In this document: positions 49,501 through 62,739 of the stretch, piece after piece
Layout of the letters: the number at the start of each line of letters is the position of its first letter
Numbering within the stretch: position 1 is the first letter of the stretch
Assembly: GCA_036172245.1 (NCBI GenBank)
Contig: JAYWIR010000029.1
Location: 1,302,001-1,366,000 of the forward strand
Length of the DNA: 64,000 nucleotides
Direction: 5' to 3'
Source: Raillietiella orientalis
Taxonomy: Eukaryota
Position numbers and translations under genes: made by a program
Notes under the pieces: generated by a model
The model's database searches: none
The model's input: the letters and a program-made list of their open reading frames with translations, nothing else
What the model was told of the DNA's origin: nothing

Positions 49501-52130
49501 CAGAAGACGGCCTGCCCGCGGAGTTTTACCAATGCTTCGTGGCAGAACTCGTCCCCCTGGTGCACAAACTGTGCATGCTGATCCGCGAACGAGAGGATGT
49601 TCCCAACTCGTTCCGATCACCTAGAGTACGTCTACTCTCGAAGAAAGGAGACATTCGCAACGTAGGCAACTGACGTCTCATCATAGTGATGATTGTGGAC
49701 ACGAAGTTGCTTGCCAAACTGTGAGCTGAGAGATTGGGACAAGTGGCGGAATCCGTGGTGAGTCCGGAGCAGACTTATTGTGTTCTCGGACGAACCGTGG
49801 AGGCCAGCCTGTTCCTCACCAGCACATAGTGGCAGCTGGAACAGCGCAGAACACAGATGGGTCAAGAGAATTCTGGATTCTCCTTTGACCAGGGAGGGAA
49901 AGGTCAAGGAGGAACGGACGCGTCAGGAGCCCTTGCAGTCACAGTCGATTTGCCTAAAGCTTTCGAATGCGTGAATCAGGAACTCCTTCTGGAGCTCTTG
50001 GAACGCATGGGATTCCCGACCGTGTTTCTGGCCTGTCTGCGCTCCTGCTAGCGCTTCGCGGTAATAAATATTTGTTTTAGCGGAAGGCACGTGTACGGCG
50101 TGTCCATTAGCCGCGGCATAAGGCAGGATGATAGCCTGAGCCTCCTGCACTTCAACATCTACTTTGGGTTGGCGCTGAGGGCATACAGGGAAACTCTGGC
50201 AACCTTGTCGAGCTCGTGTCCGGGTACGCCTGCCGTGTCGGCTTAGTGGGTGATCTTCTGCTGCTGCTCCCCATGTCCACCCCGACATCAGCGCTTGAAG
50301 GTTTCCTCAAGCTGTTTAGCTGCGAGACTGGACTTGAGGTGAACAGATCAAAGTCGTCCATAGTGTCGACTGGCTGATGTGGGCCGGATGGACGGACTGA
50401 ATCCTCTTGGGAATCCCCACAGACAGGTACATCAAGTACTTTGGCGTTCCGCTGGGGGACCTCTGTTCTGTCGAAGCCTGGTCCGACCGTCTCCGAAAGG
50501 TAGAGATGGTGCTCGGCCCGTTCCGGAACGGCAAGTTTTACTTGCAGGAACGGACCGCGGTGTGCAACGCGTTTGCGTCCTCCCTCCTTCGCCCCCTAAT
50601 TTTTGTTTGTCCCGCCCCACCGAACATCAACCGAACCGAGGACCTCCTCAGGAAAATTCTGTGGGGCAAGGGAGGTCCAGAGTTCGATTAAAGGATTTGG
50701 ACGCTCCTTGTAAGGATGGTGGACTTGGTCTCCTTACACTGGAGCGAATGGAGCGACAGCTCCAATCCGGACGATTCGCCCTCGCGGCGAAGTTTTGGAC
50801 AAAGCCCTGGTGCTCACCCACACGCCTCCTCCAGCAGAGCGACTGGCTGCGTAGGGTTCATCCTCGTGCCTTACGACTGCAGCCTGAGGCATTGTGGCCA
50901 TCAGCTGCGCCGGATGGTTGCCCTGGTGCAAGACAACACCTGGATCTTCTGCTCCCCCGCAAAGTGCACTGCCTGGCTTCAGAAGTCAGTTTCGGCATGG
51001 GGAAAGATCAACGGCTCGGGTGAGGCGGAGTATGCCTGCCTCCATAGAGGAGTGTATGCTCGACAGCCCCTGCGTGAGATCGTGTCCAACCCACGCAAGC
51101 TGATATGAGCTTCTTTTACCTCCTTCGCCCCAGTGCTGCCCTCCCCCAGAAACGCTAGGTAAAGAAACGAACCGGCATTGCAAGAAGTGTATTGCCTTAT
51201 CGGAGGCAGGAAAAAACTTTTAAAACTGTGGACAACTCGGCAGCTAGCAGACGCTGCTATCCCGAGTGTCCCGCCTAAAGGACTTTTACTCTGGGGTGAG
51301 CTGCTCGCAATACCTCCGGCGGAGGTGAAGTGGCCCTAGAGTGTTGGAACAGTGGCACCCTCCCCCTGAAGTGGCAAGAGACGGCGTTACTGTTGTTGCA
51401 TTGAAGAATCCCATGCAGAGACACGCCTCTCTCACTGGACACTTGGGAGAATGTATGCCCATTGTGCAGAGTCCAGAGAAAGGGAAACATTTCCGATAAT
51501 AGACTGTGTCGCCCTCCAAGCCCTTTGGGATCGACTCTCGTTGATCCTCAAAATCCCGGTAGGCGACCCCAAGAACATTTTCCGGCGCCTCTTCATACGT
51601 GACGCCTTGCTTCCAGCCGCATCTCTAGCAGTTCTCTGCTGTTTAAGCGGAATCGTGGCAAGCTGGGATGCAAGAATAAGAGTCCAAAATAGCAGGGGTA
51701 CCATCCAGTGGACGGGAATCTTCTTGAAGACAGCTTCCCGATGGTCCCAACTTCGAGCAAGCAAAACAGAACTTGTCAGCATCTTAGACAGGATGCAGAG
51801 GACGTCTCCAGGTGAGCAGTGATCCCTTCTTCTCCCTTCTCTCCGCCAAGAAACATTTCCCTCGTACTGCATTTTATTTTTTGTTCATTTTCGTTTGGTT
51901 TTTCGTTCCCCTTCGCCGTTCGAGCGGACCTTATCGGTCTGCGTTCCAGTTTTCGGCAAGTCCTCCACACGTGGTAGAACCAAGTGTTCTACCACCATAT
52001 CAAAAACAGTGACGACTTTATTATTAAATTTTAATAATTAATTCCCACTGCAAATCCGGGAGACAAACTCCAATAGAGGAGTTTCTTTTGAGTTTTAAGA
52101 CACGCCCTGGCTTGTCCGGGTGGAAACCAG
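49500..52130 (+). mobile_element. L1/Tx1-like non-LTR retrotransposon (family A), 5'-truncated, RT pseudogene
   Basis: DGLPAEFY, LLSKKGDIRNVGN*R, DTKLLAK, VSPEQT, VDLPKAF, RMGFP, RGIRQDDSLSLL, TGLEVNRSKS, IKYFGVP, LWGKG, APCKDGGLGL, CxxC..DC..LW; stop at 51822. Several stops and frameshifts; YADD destroyed. Confidence 0.93.
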
Positions 52131-54949
52131 GGCGGACTATTGGACGCTATTGGGAGCATCCAGGATTGTGGAACTGGACATCGATCCGTGATCCTGAATG
52201 CAATCGAGCCCTGACCTACACAGCAGGTGGACAGGAAGCCTCCAAGCACCCAAGGGGTAAATCCAAAGTAACTATCGGAGGATTCGCCTTTGGTGGACCC
52301 ACTAACACTCGAACATTGGCTGTGAGGAGATGTCTGTTCCAACTCCGGGTGCCGCTTCATCAAGGGAGCATCCGGATTCAGTCATGCGACAGACAGCATC
52401 TCTAGTTCAGCCTTGTCGACCGCGGATCACCTGAAGCTCTCCGATCGCCGGTCCATACGCGCTGCTTCATTCAGTCTGCTTCTTGAGGGAGCGGTGCCTA
52501 CAAGAGGCGGTGCTGGTGGTGCAGATGCACAGGAGTCATTCGGTACCCTGACGTGCAAGTGCTCAGGCGGCTTCGCAAAGGATCCAAACTCCGGTATCCC
52601 GGAGACACAACCGCGCGACCGATCCTGCCAGCGAAGTCAACTCCACGAAAATAAGGGGCTGTAGCCCTCCAACGGCCCGGTGCCAGAAGGGGACAATACC
52701 TCCATACCTTTAGCTTATAGTGAAGAAATTAGAAATTAACATGAATGAACAGCGCGCCGCCATACAAGATGAAGACGCCAGGCAAGAGATAGAGCAGGAA
52801 AAATGACATCGACCATGGAGAAAATTGCCTACATAATCGTCATCTGAAATTAATATTTACGTGTGACAATAACTGTGATTCAGTAAGATAGGAAGACTGT
52901 ACGATGATGTAAAGCCATTCATATGATTGGTGACGTGGTACATTATCTTGGTATGAAGTGCATTCTTCGCTTCCACACATAGTAGCCAGACCTTCCGGAG
53001 CATGCGAATACGCCGAATCGACTTCCTGAGAATGTGGCTTCAACATTTGCCAACATTCAAACCAAAGCTATTCAGAGCAATTTTCAAAGAGCAATTTCCT
53101 AAAAGGAGACGCACGGCTCTTTGGTCCATGAGGAACACTGGCAGACATCCATCGCCTTGAAGTCCCAAAGAAATGGATCAGCTCTTATTTATTACTAATT
53201 GCTCAGGATCTGAGATCGATCGAACGTTAAGAAGCTCGCACAAGCACCAGAGAAATAATGAGTGTTTCGCTTTTTAAGGATAGGGACAATATTGTACGTC
53301 TAGAGAAATAAAAGGAGCCATTATGGGAAGTTGAAAAGAACGAACGAACAAATGGACGTCTAAAGCAAAACTGAAACTAAGGGTAAAGAAGCAAATCGTA
53401 TTCTTACAGAGTGTTCGCAAGGCCATTTTCTTGGAACAGGCAGTCCTAGAGTTGATTATAATTAATGAAATGGACTGACATGAGAATGTTCGTAAAGATG
53501 GATGAACATCCTTTCCTCTCGCAAGTAGGTAATGAATGCGTTTCGGTTCTCAGCTTTGCTTCTCGTTCTCCTATTGAACTGTGCATAACTCAAAGGAGTC
53601 ACCAATCAGATATACAAATAATGAGATCTTGAGAGATCTTGAGGCACCAGCATCCAGAGAATCATCACTGCGATTGATTGATCCTTTTCTCATAATCCTA
53701 TTCTTTTTCTCTTGGTTTCGGTTTACAGGCATGGACCACACACGGAAGAATAGGGTAGCAGCGCATTTCAAACTCTTGTCTACTCAGTTCTAACAGAAAT
53801 AATTACCTCAGAGGACCGAATGCATAGGGCACCATCTTAGTTCATCTTCTACAGTTTAGCACCCACACTTATTTAAAGCACATAGAGACAGTTGTGATCG
53901 TGTTCAAGCACACGAGCCGAATGCGGGCTCAAAAAAGCGATTTGTTGAAACAAGGAAGTCTGCTGGGAACAATTGTAGGTGTGATTTCGATCTACCTGAA
54001 CAGTCTCAGAACATGTTCTTTCAAAGATCCATCTTCAAACGTTCCAGGATGCTGAGATCAGTGCATAGAACTTTCAAGTCTCTCAAGACAGGACGCAGCT
54101 CACCTTGATTCATGTCTTTAGGAGGAACTGCGCGGTGCGGAAAATAAGCTGCGACTGTGGCAAAACAAACATCGCTTCCTGCGCCTTGAACTCCATGGAG
54201 ACGAAAGTCGAAGATTTCATGTCAATTAGACTGCTGACAGAAGCTTTGTCGTCCGAATTCTAATTACTTGAATTTGTCAGAGAGATGCCGTTCGCTTTGG
54301 CCTATGTTACTTGATAGAGGTTACTCCGAAAAGCAGCGATATTCCATCAATCATGAGTTCTTACTGTGGGGACTTCCCTCCGTTTTGCTCTTCTAACCAG
54401 CAGTTTCATCCAGAGTTCCAGGGTTACATAAGAGGAAGCAGCAAGGGACTGTTTACATTCTCCACGGTTTGGACTGCTTGGCTCTTCCCTTATCACTGTC
54501 CCTACCATGGTCCATCGAGTGGGCTTCCGTTGTCAGATCTGAAAGCCTATCAGGAGAGATTGACGATTGTTGCAAGCAACAATCACTCTCGCAAGAAGAT
54601 TGGCTTTCACAGATAAACAAATGACAAGCTACTTTTAATACTGCTTCTACAAAAGTCAGAATTCCTGAGACTTCAGCTGCATATTAAGATGGGACGCTCT
54701 GCGGTGAGCTGCGACCTGCCCATCTTTGAAGATCCGCTTTCATCTCGACCCAGCATCGAGCACGACTGCGAATGAGTCCTTCTGTTGGCTCGTTAGCTAA
54801 TAATCGCATTTCTCCAAGTTTCGTTCCTAGATCCGGTTCTTGCTCTCGGCTCTGAATACCGCATCTGTCTTCCTGTCTCAGTGACGTTCTTCATCATGTC
54901 TGCCCAAATCCTTTGTTTTCTTCGTTTTAGCAGTTTGAAGAATTTTGTT

Positions 54950-56620
54950 TATGCCCTTAAAATATTAATGATCAGGCCTTGGAGGAAAGTCACCAGATGA
55001 TGGATTCATTGCCAGTATCTCTGGGATCTTTCAACCTCTCCCACTAGCTCATTAGCAGCCTACTTAACTCGCACTCTCATGCTGTACGAAGAACAAGGAC
55101 ATCAACAAATCTACATGATGGCTGAGAAGAACCATAATTATTTCCACCACTTATGAGGCAGTCACGAGACATTCGTTTTTTTTCCCTTTCTTTCTTGGTT
55201 GATACTCCAATCGAATGAGAGCTGAATGAACATCTCTGTTCCAGTACAATTGCTTCCCATCTCCGTGTTTAGTTTCAGCTACAGTGAGACACAGATTTGA
55301 ATTTCGTGTTCTGCCGAATCAGTTCGTAGAATTCCATGGAAACACTTTAACATGCAAGCTGACTACCATTCAATGTTCTGATGGTCAACGGTTTGACTCC
55401 GAGAATAAAAGCAGCCTCAGAGTCACGAATGGGATACGAACTGGTTGTCGGATTCCATTCAAACTCCTCAGTGTCGGAACAATGATGTTGTAACAAACGA
55501 GACAATAAGTATTCAGACAACATAAAGGAAACTCGGGATTCAATCCCAGACACTTTCTAGACGGCATTAGCGATACCGTGACAACGCAGCTGCTCATGGC
55601 AGCAGAAATATACCCTGACTCTACGAAGAAAGGTGGGAGGTGTGAAAGAAGCTACGGAAGAGAGTTGCGCATCTCAGTATTTGGAAAAATAACGGCTTTG
55701 AAGTTTGACGAAGACATTCATTGGGAAAGGCACTGCTGCGATCTAACGAGGCGCATTTCAAAAGCAATGGCCGATCGGATATAAAGAAAGAACAAATAAG
55801 AGAAACAAAAATGCATTAAGTGGTTGGAAACACATGCATCCTCGTGTCATTTTTCTACATAGTCATACCATTTTTTAGCAAACACTTTTGATCCCGTGGA
55901 AGAAGCTTTTCGAAACCCTCTATATAAAATTCCTGTTCCTGGGAATTCGGTCAGTTCAGCATCAGTGCAGCTTCCAACTCCTCCCTTTCCCCCCCGAGTC
56001 GTTGAGCCACTTGAGGTGCAGGAAGGAGGACGTGGCAGTCACTGGGCGTGAGGTCAGGACTGTAAGGTGGGTGGTCAAAAAAGCTCCCACTTGAATTTCT
56101 GAATTGTCTGGACGGCATGTGTCGCCAAAGAGCGCGTTGTGTGATGGAGAAGGACAATTCCTGATCTCAGCATTCCACGTCGTCGGTTCTGAAAGACACG
56201 CCGCAGTTTTGAAAGCGTTTCATAGTGAACTTGCGAAGTGGTGGTCGTTCCAGGCTCCACAGAGTCCATTGAAAGCACACCCTTGTGGTCCCCACACTGC
56301 TGTCCGCACATTCCGAACAATTTAGAAATTCAAATATGAACTTTTTCGATCACCCACCTTACAGTCCTGACCACTGACTACCACGTCTTCCTCCATCTCA
56401 AGAAGTAGCTGAACGATTCGAGGAAAGTGAGGAGTTGGAAAAAAATGATGACTACGTAGAAAAACGACACGGGGATGTATGTGTTTAGAACCACTAACAG
56501 ACATTTTGGTTCACTTATTTGTTCTTTCTTTGCATCCGATCGGCTCTTTTAAAATGCGCCTCGTATAAGCTGTATAGCGAGGAAACCGCTGTCCATCGTC
56601 AAGCACATCGGACAGCCTTG
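54950..56620 (+). pseudogene. Old RT relic (possibly RTE-like), interrupted by the mariner element
   Basis: PVSL, FLVD, VTNGIRTGC, LLMAAEI (for LLYADDI), ELRIS..K. A CGDF APE echo lies upstream at ~54370. Confidence 0.5.
55747..56563. mobile_element. Non-autonomous mariner (Tc1/mariner) derivative with long inverted arms
   Basis: Termini cgaggcgcatttcaaaag / cttttaaaatgcgcctcg|ta. Minus-strand transposase remnant: LSKLRR..QNRRRG..GIVLLH, WELFDHPPYSPDLTPSD. A second HPPYSPD..DYHVF..DDYVEK copy lies on the plus strand. Confidence 0.92.
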
Positions 56621-57499
56621 GCAGACTACTTGGAAAAAACAAAAAATCAGCATTTTGAGGCTTCTTCACACTAACTCTGATGAACCTCCGACCTTTGTTT
56701 ATGAAGTTTCTTCGACCGAAATTCGGATCACCCGCTTCTTGTTCGAAATCGCATCCTCGAATGGCATTTCCCATTTTAAGTTAATGTTTGAGGAATGCAT
56801 GGTTCCCGACTTCAGCGATAATTTAATAATTAGTTTTGGATCAGTAGTAATAGGACTTGTTGTTTTGATTTATGATTAGCCAGCATTTTTTTCTCCTTCT
56901 TAGCACTGTCCATTTTCATGTCTCTCTCGAGCCAACTTTCAAACACCCTATTTTTCTGCAGAGAGATTTCACTGCAATTTTTTTTTACTCAGCAAGGTTG
57001 GCATCTTTTCACACACTTGCTTCTCTCCAAATTTTTCTTCACCTGTCCTCAAGATAAGTATCTATAGGAGATGGATTATTTGTTGCTTCTTTCTTTAACT
57101 CGCCTTACAGCAGAAAATCAGGATTCTCGCCCTCTTTCTCCTGATAGCGGTGCCGAAATCGCGAACGATCAAAATCCCGAAAGATTACAAAAAATAAACG
57201 CGCATGCTTATTCTTCATAGATTAACATACAAATTTATTTTAATGTACATATTTATATTTATTAGCATACATGTGGTTAACAGCAATATGATTAGAACAG
57301 ATATATTTATCAAGATTTATTGACCTAGAAGAGTGTTCGCAACCCAGCTAGGAGGAACAAACAGAAAAAGTACAAGTAGTCCTCCAGCTAGGAAGAGAGG
57401 GGAAGCAATGCAGAGTGCATGCTTTCCTCGCTGGCTCTCTGGGAACCTGGGATCCAGGTAACGAAGAATTGCTGCAGGATCTTGGAATTCCGGAAAAGC

Positions 57500-58190
57500 A
57501 CCTGGTAACGATGTCTGAACCCAGTTGCGCCAGGACATTTATTTTGAAACAAACAAAATAAACAAAATAATGAGGAGGGGAAGAAGGGTATCTCCTCAGA
57601 AACACGAAACGCCAAACAAAAAAGTTCATCCCGGATAACCACTGGCAGGCAAACCGGCTTCCAAGAAGTAGGGAACGGAGGGAGAGGACAATAAATAAAT
57701 AAAAAAAGACGGGGGAGGATGGGGACAGGGTCTTTGGCATGTAACATTTCTTAGTTCTCAAAGCGACTGTGGACGGTGACGATCTCCCTTGCAATTCCTT
57801 CTGGCAGATGAGATCACCATGCTGCTGCCCTTATGAGGGCTGCTGCCATGCTGGCGGCCTCTCTTCGCGGCGAACTTGATTCCAGCACACGGTGGGCCGT
57901 CACTATGGAGCGGATGCAACTGACTGTTGCGATAGCAGCACCTTTCTCCAGTCCGCTTTCTGTGAAGAATCCCTGCAGAAAGTCCGCTGAGGTGTCCTGC
58001 GGTCGCCGGAGGGCCACAGCGAGTCTCCGCCACAAGTCCGCGAGGGCACTGCAGTCCAACAGCCCTGCTGTGACGGTGAGGCTGGAGACGATGAGGCACC
58101 AGATGGTAGCTTGTTGCATCCGGTACTCCAGAGACATCAATGCAGCCCATGTCACACGGAGGACCAAGAGCCCGGAGAATGCCAGCAATT
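57500..58190 (-). mobile_element. Diverged family A-related 3' fragment
   Basis: GLLDCSALADLWRRL; T-rich UTR; end motif aaataaatgtcctggcg matches 33189. Confidence 0.7.
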
Positions 58191-58631
58191 AGCTCTCACG
58201 AAACGGAGGACAGGAAGCTGAGGAAGCGACATGCTAAGCGCGACGAGTGCACCGGATGAACAGAGGAAGAATTCCGGAATAATGTCAAGAGCCTTCCCTG
58301 TAGTCTCTTGAATAATTGAAAATCAAAGCAATAAAAACTAAGCTGACTGGCATAAAAGATTCCCTGAAGGGGTGCACGGGAATGACGCTACAGTTATTAA
58401 GTGGGAAAACACCAAGTGTTTCCCACTTCGACGATAGAAACGATTAGAAAGGAATTTTCTTTTTCTATTAATACAAATTTATCCATAAAATTGAAGGTTG
58501 TTATTATATTGTTGATATGTATATTTAAGATTACAAAAAATAAATATATATGCTTGTTATATTTATTTATTTTTTATAGATCCCTCTTTCAGTTATCATC
58601 CTGTCATCTATGTTTCTTGCGGAGTTTATGG

Positions 58632-58724
58632 GACTTGGAAAACGAGCGACGTCGCCCCAAATGAAGGTCATCTAAAAGCAGAGAAAAGAATGTTCTTGTT
58701 TTTTTTTGTTTTTGTTTCTTCCCC
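58632..58724 (+). repeat. Direct repeat of the element 3' end at 59808-59908
   Basis: 63-bp core with 6 mismatches, each followed by a T-rich tract. Confidence 0.9.
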
Positions 58725-58739
58725 AAAAAACTGCAAACT

Positions 58740-59908
58740 GAAACATTCTGCCCTGTCCTTCAAGATTTCTCATAATGAGCCAAGAGATAGATGCCTTATA
58801 TATTTTTTGCCTTTTTTGTTAGAGAACTTTCTTGGTTGGATCCGCGAGTACCTTGGTTACAAGAACCTTGGCGCTGTGCACTCTATCGTGTATCTCGTAT
58901 TTCGGCTGGCTTGTGTAGCAGCACTTCTGTTCCCATGGAGACGAATGAGCCTTTGATTTCCTGCATTTTATCTTATTCTTCAGAAATAATGGATTGCTTC
59001 TAATTACTTCTTGAATCACTTCGTTTGTTCGTACGTCTTCCACTGTCGAATGCACTCCGTGGTCCCTGAAAAGGCTATTCCAAGATTACATCTGAAGTCT
59101 TGTTTTCAAACGAAGCCAAGACCGTCTCGAGTCCGGAAGAATCTTTCAGAAAGTCATTGTGTTTGCTTCGAGTCGGGAACTGAGTCTTTTGAGAGGATCA
59201 TGATGGTGTGGATACTTGGGAGGAGAAGAACTGATGCCCAAGAACTTTCCTTTTAGTTGCTGAAATATCACTGCAAGAAAAACACACAAAAAAGGCAAAG
59301 CCCAGAATATATATATACACATATTTAATCGGAAGTTATTCGTATGTCTGTATCATTCATGTCGCTGTTAAACGACTAATGAGGATTCCTTTGGGTTGAT
59401 ATTTTCATTTTCTCTCTCTCTCTCTCTCTTTCCAGTAAGCCATGAGAGCACATGTTCTCTATGTACTTTGAAAAGGAATAATTCATAAAAGTGTAGGTGT
59501 GCGCAATTGTGCAGTTAGTCCATTATCAGGATGAAATATGTGATTTTCAATGTGATTCCCGCCTGCCCACAAGAGCCACAAATAATTCGTAGACTCTGGG
59601 GAAACACCTTTTGCAGCAATCAGCTCGGATCCGTGTTTGATGACGCGCTCTGACATCTGCGCTGGAGCTAGGAAGCGTACACTCGTCTACAAGGGTCCTC
59701 TCGTGCAAGGAGGGACTGCCTCCTCTCAGCTTCTCAGAGAAACGGAGAATGCGTTCTTTCTCCATGACCCTTGGCAACCTCCGTCGATATCCTGGCCGTA
59801 CTTGAACGACTTGGAAAACGAGCGCCGTCGCTCCAAATGAAGGTCGTCTGAAAGCCGAGAAAAGAGTGTTTTTTTTTTTCTTTGTGTGTGTGTGTATGTT
59901 TTTTCCCA
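58740..59908 (+). pseudogene. 5'-truncated LINE ORF2 relic (RT to zinc finger, family C)
   Basis: ALSFKIS, ENFLGWIREYL, ISAGL; SDICAGA..LVYKGPLVQ; PPSISW; stop at 59840. Confidence 0.45.
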
Positions 59909-60289
59909 GGGGAATGTAATTTTACTATTCGTCGACACCAAGGTTCACTTGGCACCAGCGGATGAGGCCTCCATATGCTTCGAGGAAGTGGTATCTGAGT
60001 GAAAGAGGATCCAAAGAGATGAAAATTCACGATAACATGATTTGATGAGTCATCTGATCCGGATACCTGGAGATCGTACACAAGAAACAGCTGAGAGGAT
60101 GCCATGAGGAGGGGGAAGGAGACGCACATGAGGTCTCCTTCATTTCCTCAACTAAGATCTTGTGATCACATTTCAGGTTCTTTGTTCGCTTCGTTTGTGC
60201 AAACATCCTTGGATCTCCTTGGTTCACTCGTGTTTGGCATGAGGCGCAAATATGTGAAAGTGAAGGAGCAAGCGGATATCCTTTCTTCA

Positions 60290-61000
60290 TAGAAGAGTTT
60301 TTTGCAATGCATGCTTGGATGCGTAATGAGTGACCTTAGCGAAGGAAGGGGCGATTTGCGTGAGGTCCTCTAGGCTGGAAGTGGCGGAAGCTTCCACTGC
60401 CAGCAGTTTTCTCATGGAATCCCGAATCCGTGCGGCTGATGAGAGAATAAAGTGAAGCAAATAATCTTCGTAGCAGATAGCCTTGGTCAAAAAGAGAGAA
60501 CGATCGAGATTCTTCTCCGAGGAGACGAGTAGCTTCCGTTCCTTGCCGCTTCACTTGAGCTTCCAGGTTCTATCAGAGTTGTGTTTCAGTCATGCCTACT
60601 TTCTCCACGTGTAGCAAGGGGGGGGGGGGGAATTTGTTGACTGCTTTCAGGGTTTGGAGTTTATGAGGAGGGTGCGTGGGGTGGCAGACAAGGCTTCTCT
60701 TAGCATGCCTCAGATCGGATCTTTGAGACTTCGCTTCTGGGAGCAATCTCGAACGTCTTGATGGTTTCTCTCCAGGGAAACCAGACGAAATGTCTCAGGC
60801 GGGGTGAAAGGAAAGCATGAAAGGAAATTCAGGAAGCCGTCTCTGGTTGCGATGCTCCTCGATATCATGAGAACTCTTTGTTCGTAATGCAGCCTCGTTG
60901 CGTACTCAGAAAAAGGTAGTTCCCTCCCTGGTCATCATGCTTCTTGGTGGCCTCTCGCATGTCAAGGAGTGCCATTGCCCGCCTTAACAAAAACGAAAGC
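60290..61000 (-). pseudogene. Old LINE RT relic
   Basis: QRGCI, MLSF../TFRLVS, AVNK..PP.LL, AICYEDYLL, TSSL. Confidence 0.35.
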
Positions 61001-61349
61001 GCGCGAAAGCCAAAAAAGCTGCCCTATTCTTTCTGCCCGGAAGTCCGTCCTCGGAGCGCGGGCCTCGAGGATAAGCTGCATGAAAGAAAGCGAACGTTTG
61101 ACAGAACGCCCACTCTTTTACCCTTCATAGGAATGCACTACGCATCACTTTTTCTTTTCTGCTCACCTCTCAGCAGTCATCCAGCACACATCATTAGACA
61201 ATGTCTTCAGATCACCCACACAGCATCTTCGAATCGTCTGTTCCCGACGAGAGGCAATACAAATGTCCCACGAGCCAGAGAAAGACGCTTCCTTCAGAGG
61301 CCTGCTGTTTTGTGAAGCAAATGTCTTCTCCCCTCAGTAATGATCCTTT

Positions 61350-62000
61350 CCCACCTAACCTTAAACATTAAAGGGTGTTGCAAGCATCTGATCACACAGA
61401 ACAGACTTTCCGTATGGTTATTCCATTACAGTTTTTCTATTCTAGTTTTACTATTTATTAACTTCTACTTCCCCGTCTTTTGCATCTCTACTTTTTTTGG
61501 CACATCTGCAGCCTTAAGTCTGCACGCCATCTGGAGACATACAGAAACAAGACAACCATAGAGTGGATGACATGACAACCACTAAGGCAGTACAAATCGT
61601 GTTCCTTCTGCTACGCCATGGCGCTATGCCAAGAATTACTGTCTGACCTCAGTGAGGTCGTTTCTGATGCCTCTATGCTTAGCTTTTCCCATGCCCTTCA
61701 CGCTCTTTATGATATTTCCTGCATCCTTTTTATTCTCGTTCCGTCAGTATGAGGCCTTCCTTGAGATGTCTGGGTAACCACTGGATGAGAGTGTAAAGCA
61801 AGCAGTGTTACCAGAATCTGCAGAAAGCGCGTTTGCTTTTGAAATCGGAAATACCAGTTCTAAGGAAGCCATGGATCCATTCTCTTTCTAAAATTCTTTA
61901 GTCATTGTACAGCTGCATCACTGCTGATGACAATCCGAGGTCCAACCTCTATTTGTTCTGCGTGGCTGCACTAAACACTGGTTGCAGTGTTACCAAAAAA
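61350..62000 (+). pseudogene. Old LINE RT relic
   Basis: LNI..K..I..NRL, TKAV.IV, SVKQAVL, TADD. Confidence 0.45.
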
Positions 62001-62739
62001 AGACACAATTCCATGTGGCTGCTCCAGAGATTCGAGAAGTCGGAAGATAGTGGGCAGGATTCTTTGGTTGATTTTGAATTTTGTGTCCTTCAATTCGTAA
62101 GATTCAAAAATAATAAGTCCAACATTATTGCAAATTTTTATATGTGGTCTCCAGGATCTTAATGTGTTCTTCATTTATGGATTCGTTTGGATGCTGAAAT
62201 CAACCACGCAGTTACTATACTGAACAAAGACGATGTAATTATCTCGAGAGCTACCATGAGTGCGAGATCCGGAAAGAATTATATAGAAGCAAGGATAACA
62301 GCAATGCAGCAATGGGATTGCATCGTCTTGTCCGATAGGACTGGACACTCTGGCTACGGTTGAAAGCGCAGGCAATCCATCGCGATTTATTTATTAAATT
62401 AAATATTAACAATTAATTATATATGCACATTAAGTATGGGATACATTATGCATATAATGCTACAGTGATCCTCCCCGAACGAGAACATCTCCAGCCAGCA
62501 CCAGGTCCAGAGCGTCCTTTATTTTGGGAATATTCTGAAAGAACTTTCCCTCTTCTGCGTTTCAACTCCACGCCCATTTTCACGCAGCGTTCACGTATTC
62601 GTCGTTTAAAGAGACTGCGCAGATTTTTTCCTCTCGCTTTCCATCCTGCAAGTTCGTCTAAGTCCATCGTAATCTCTGGTCGATTTAGCGTTCAAGACTC
62701 CTCTTGCTCTGCGTCCTTCTAGGGTCAATTTAGCATTGT

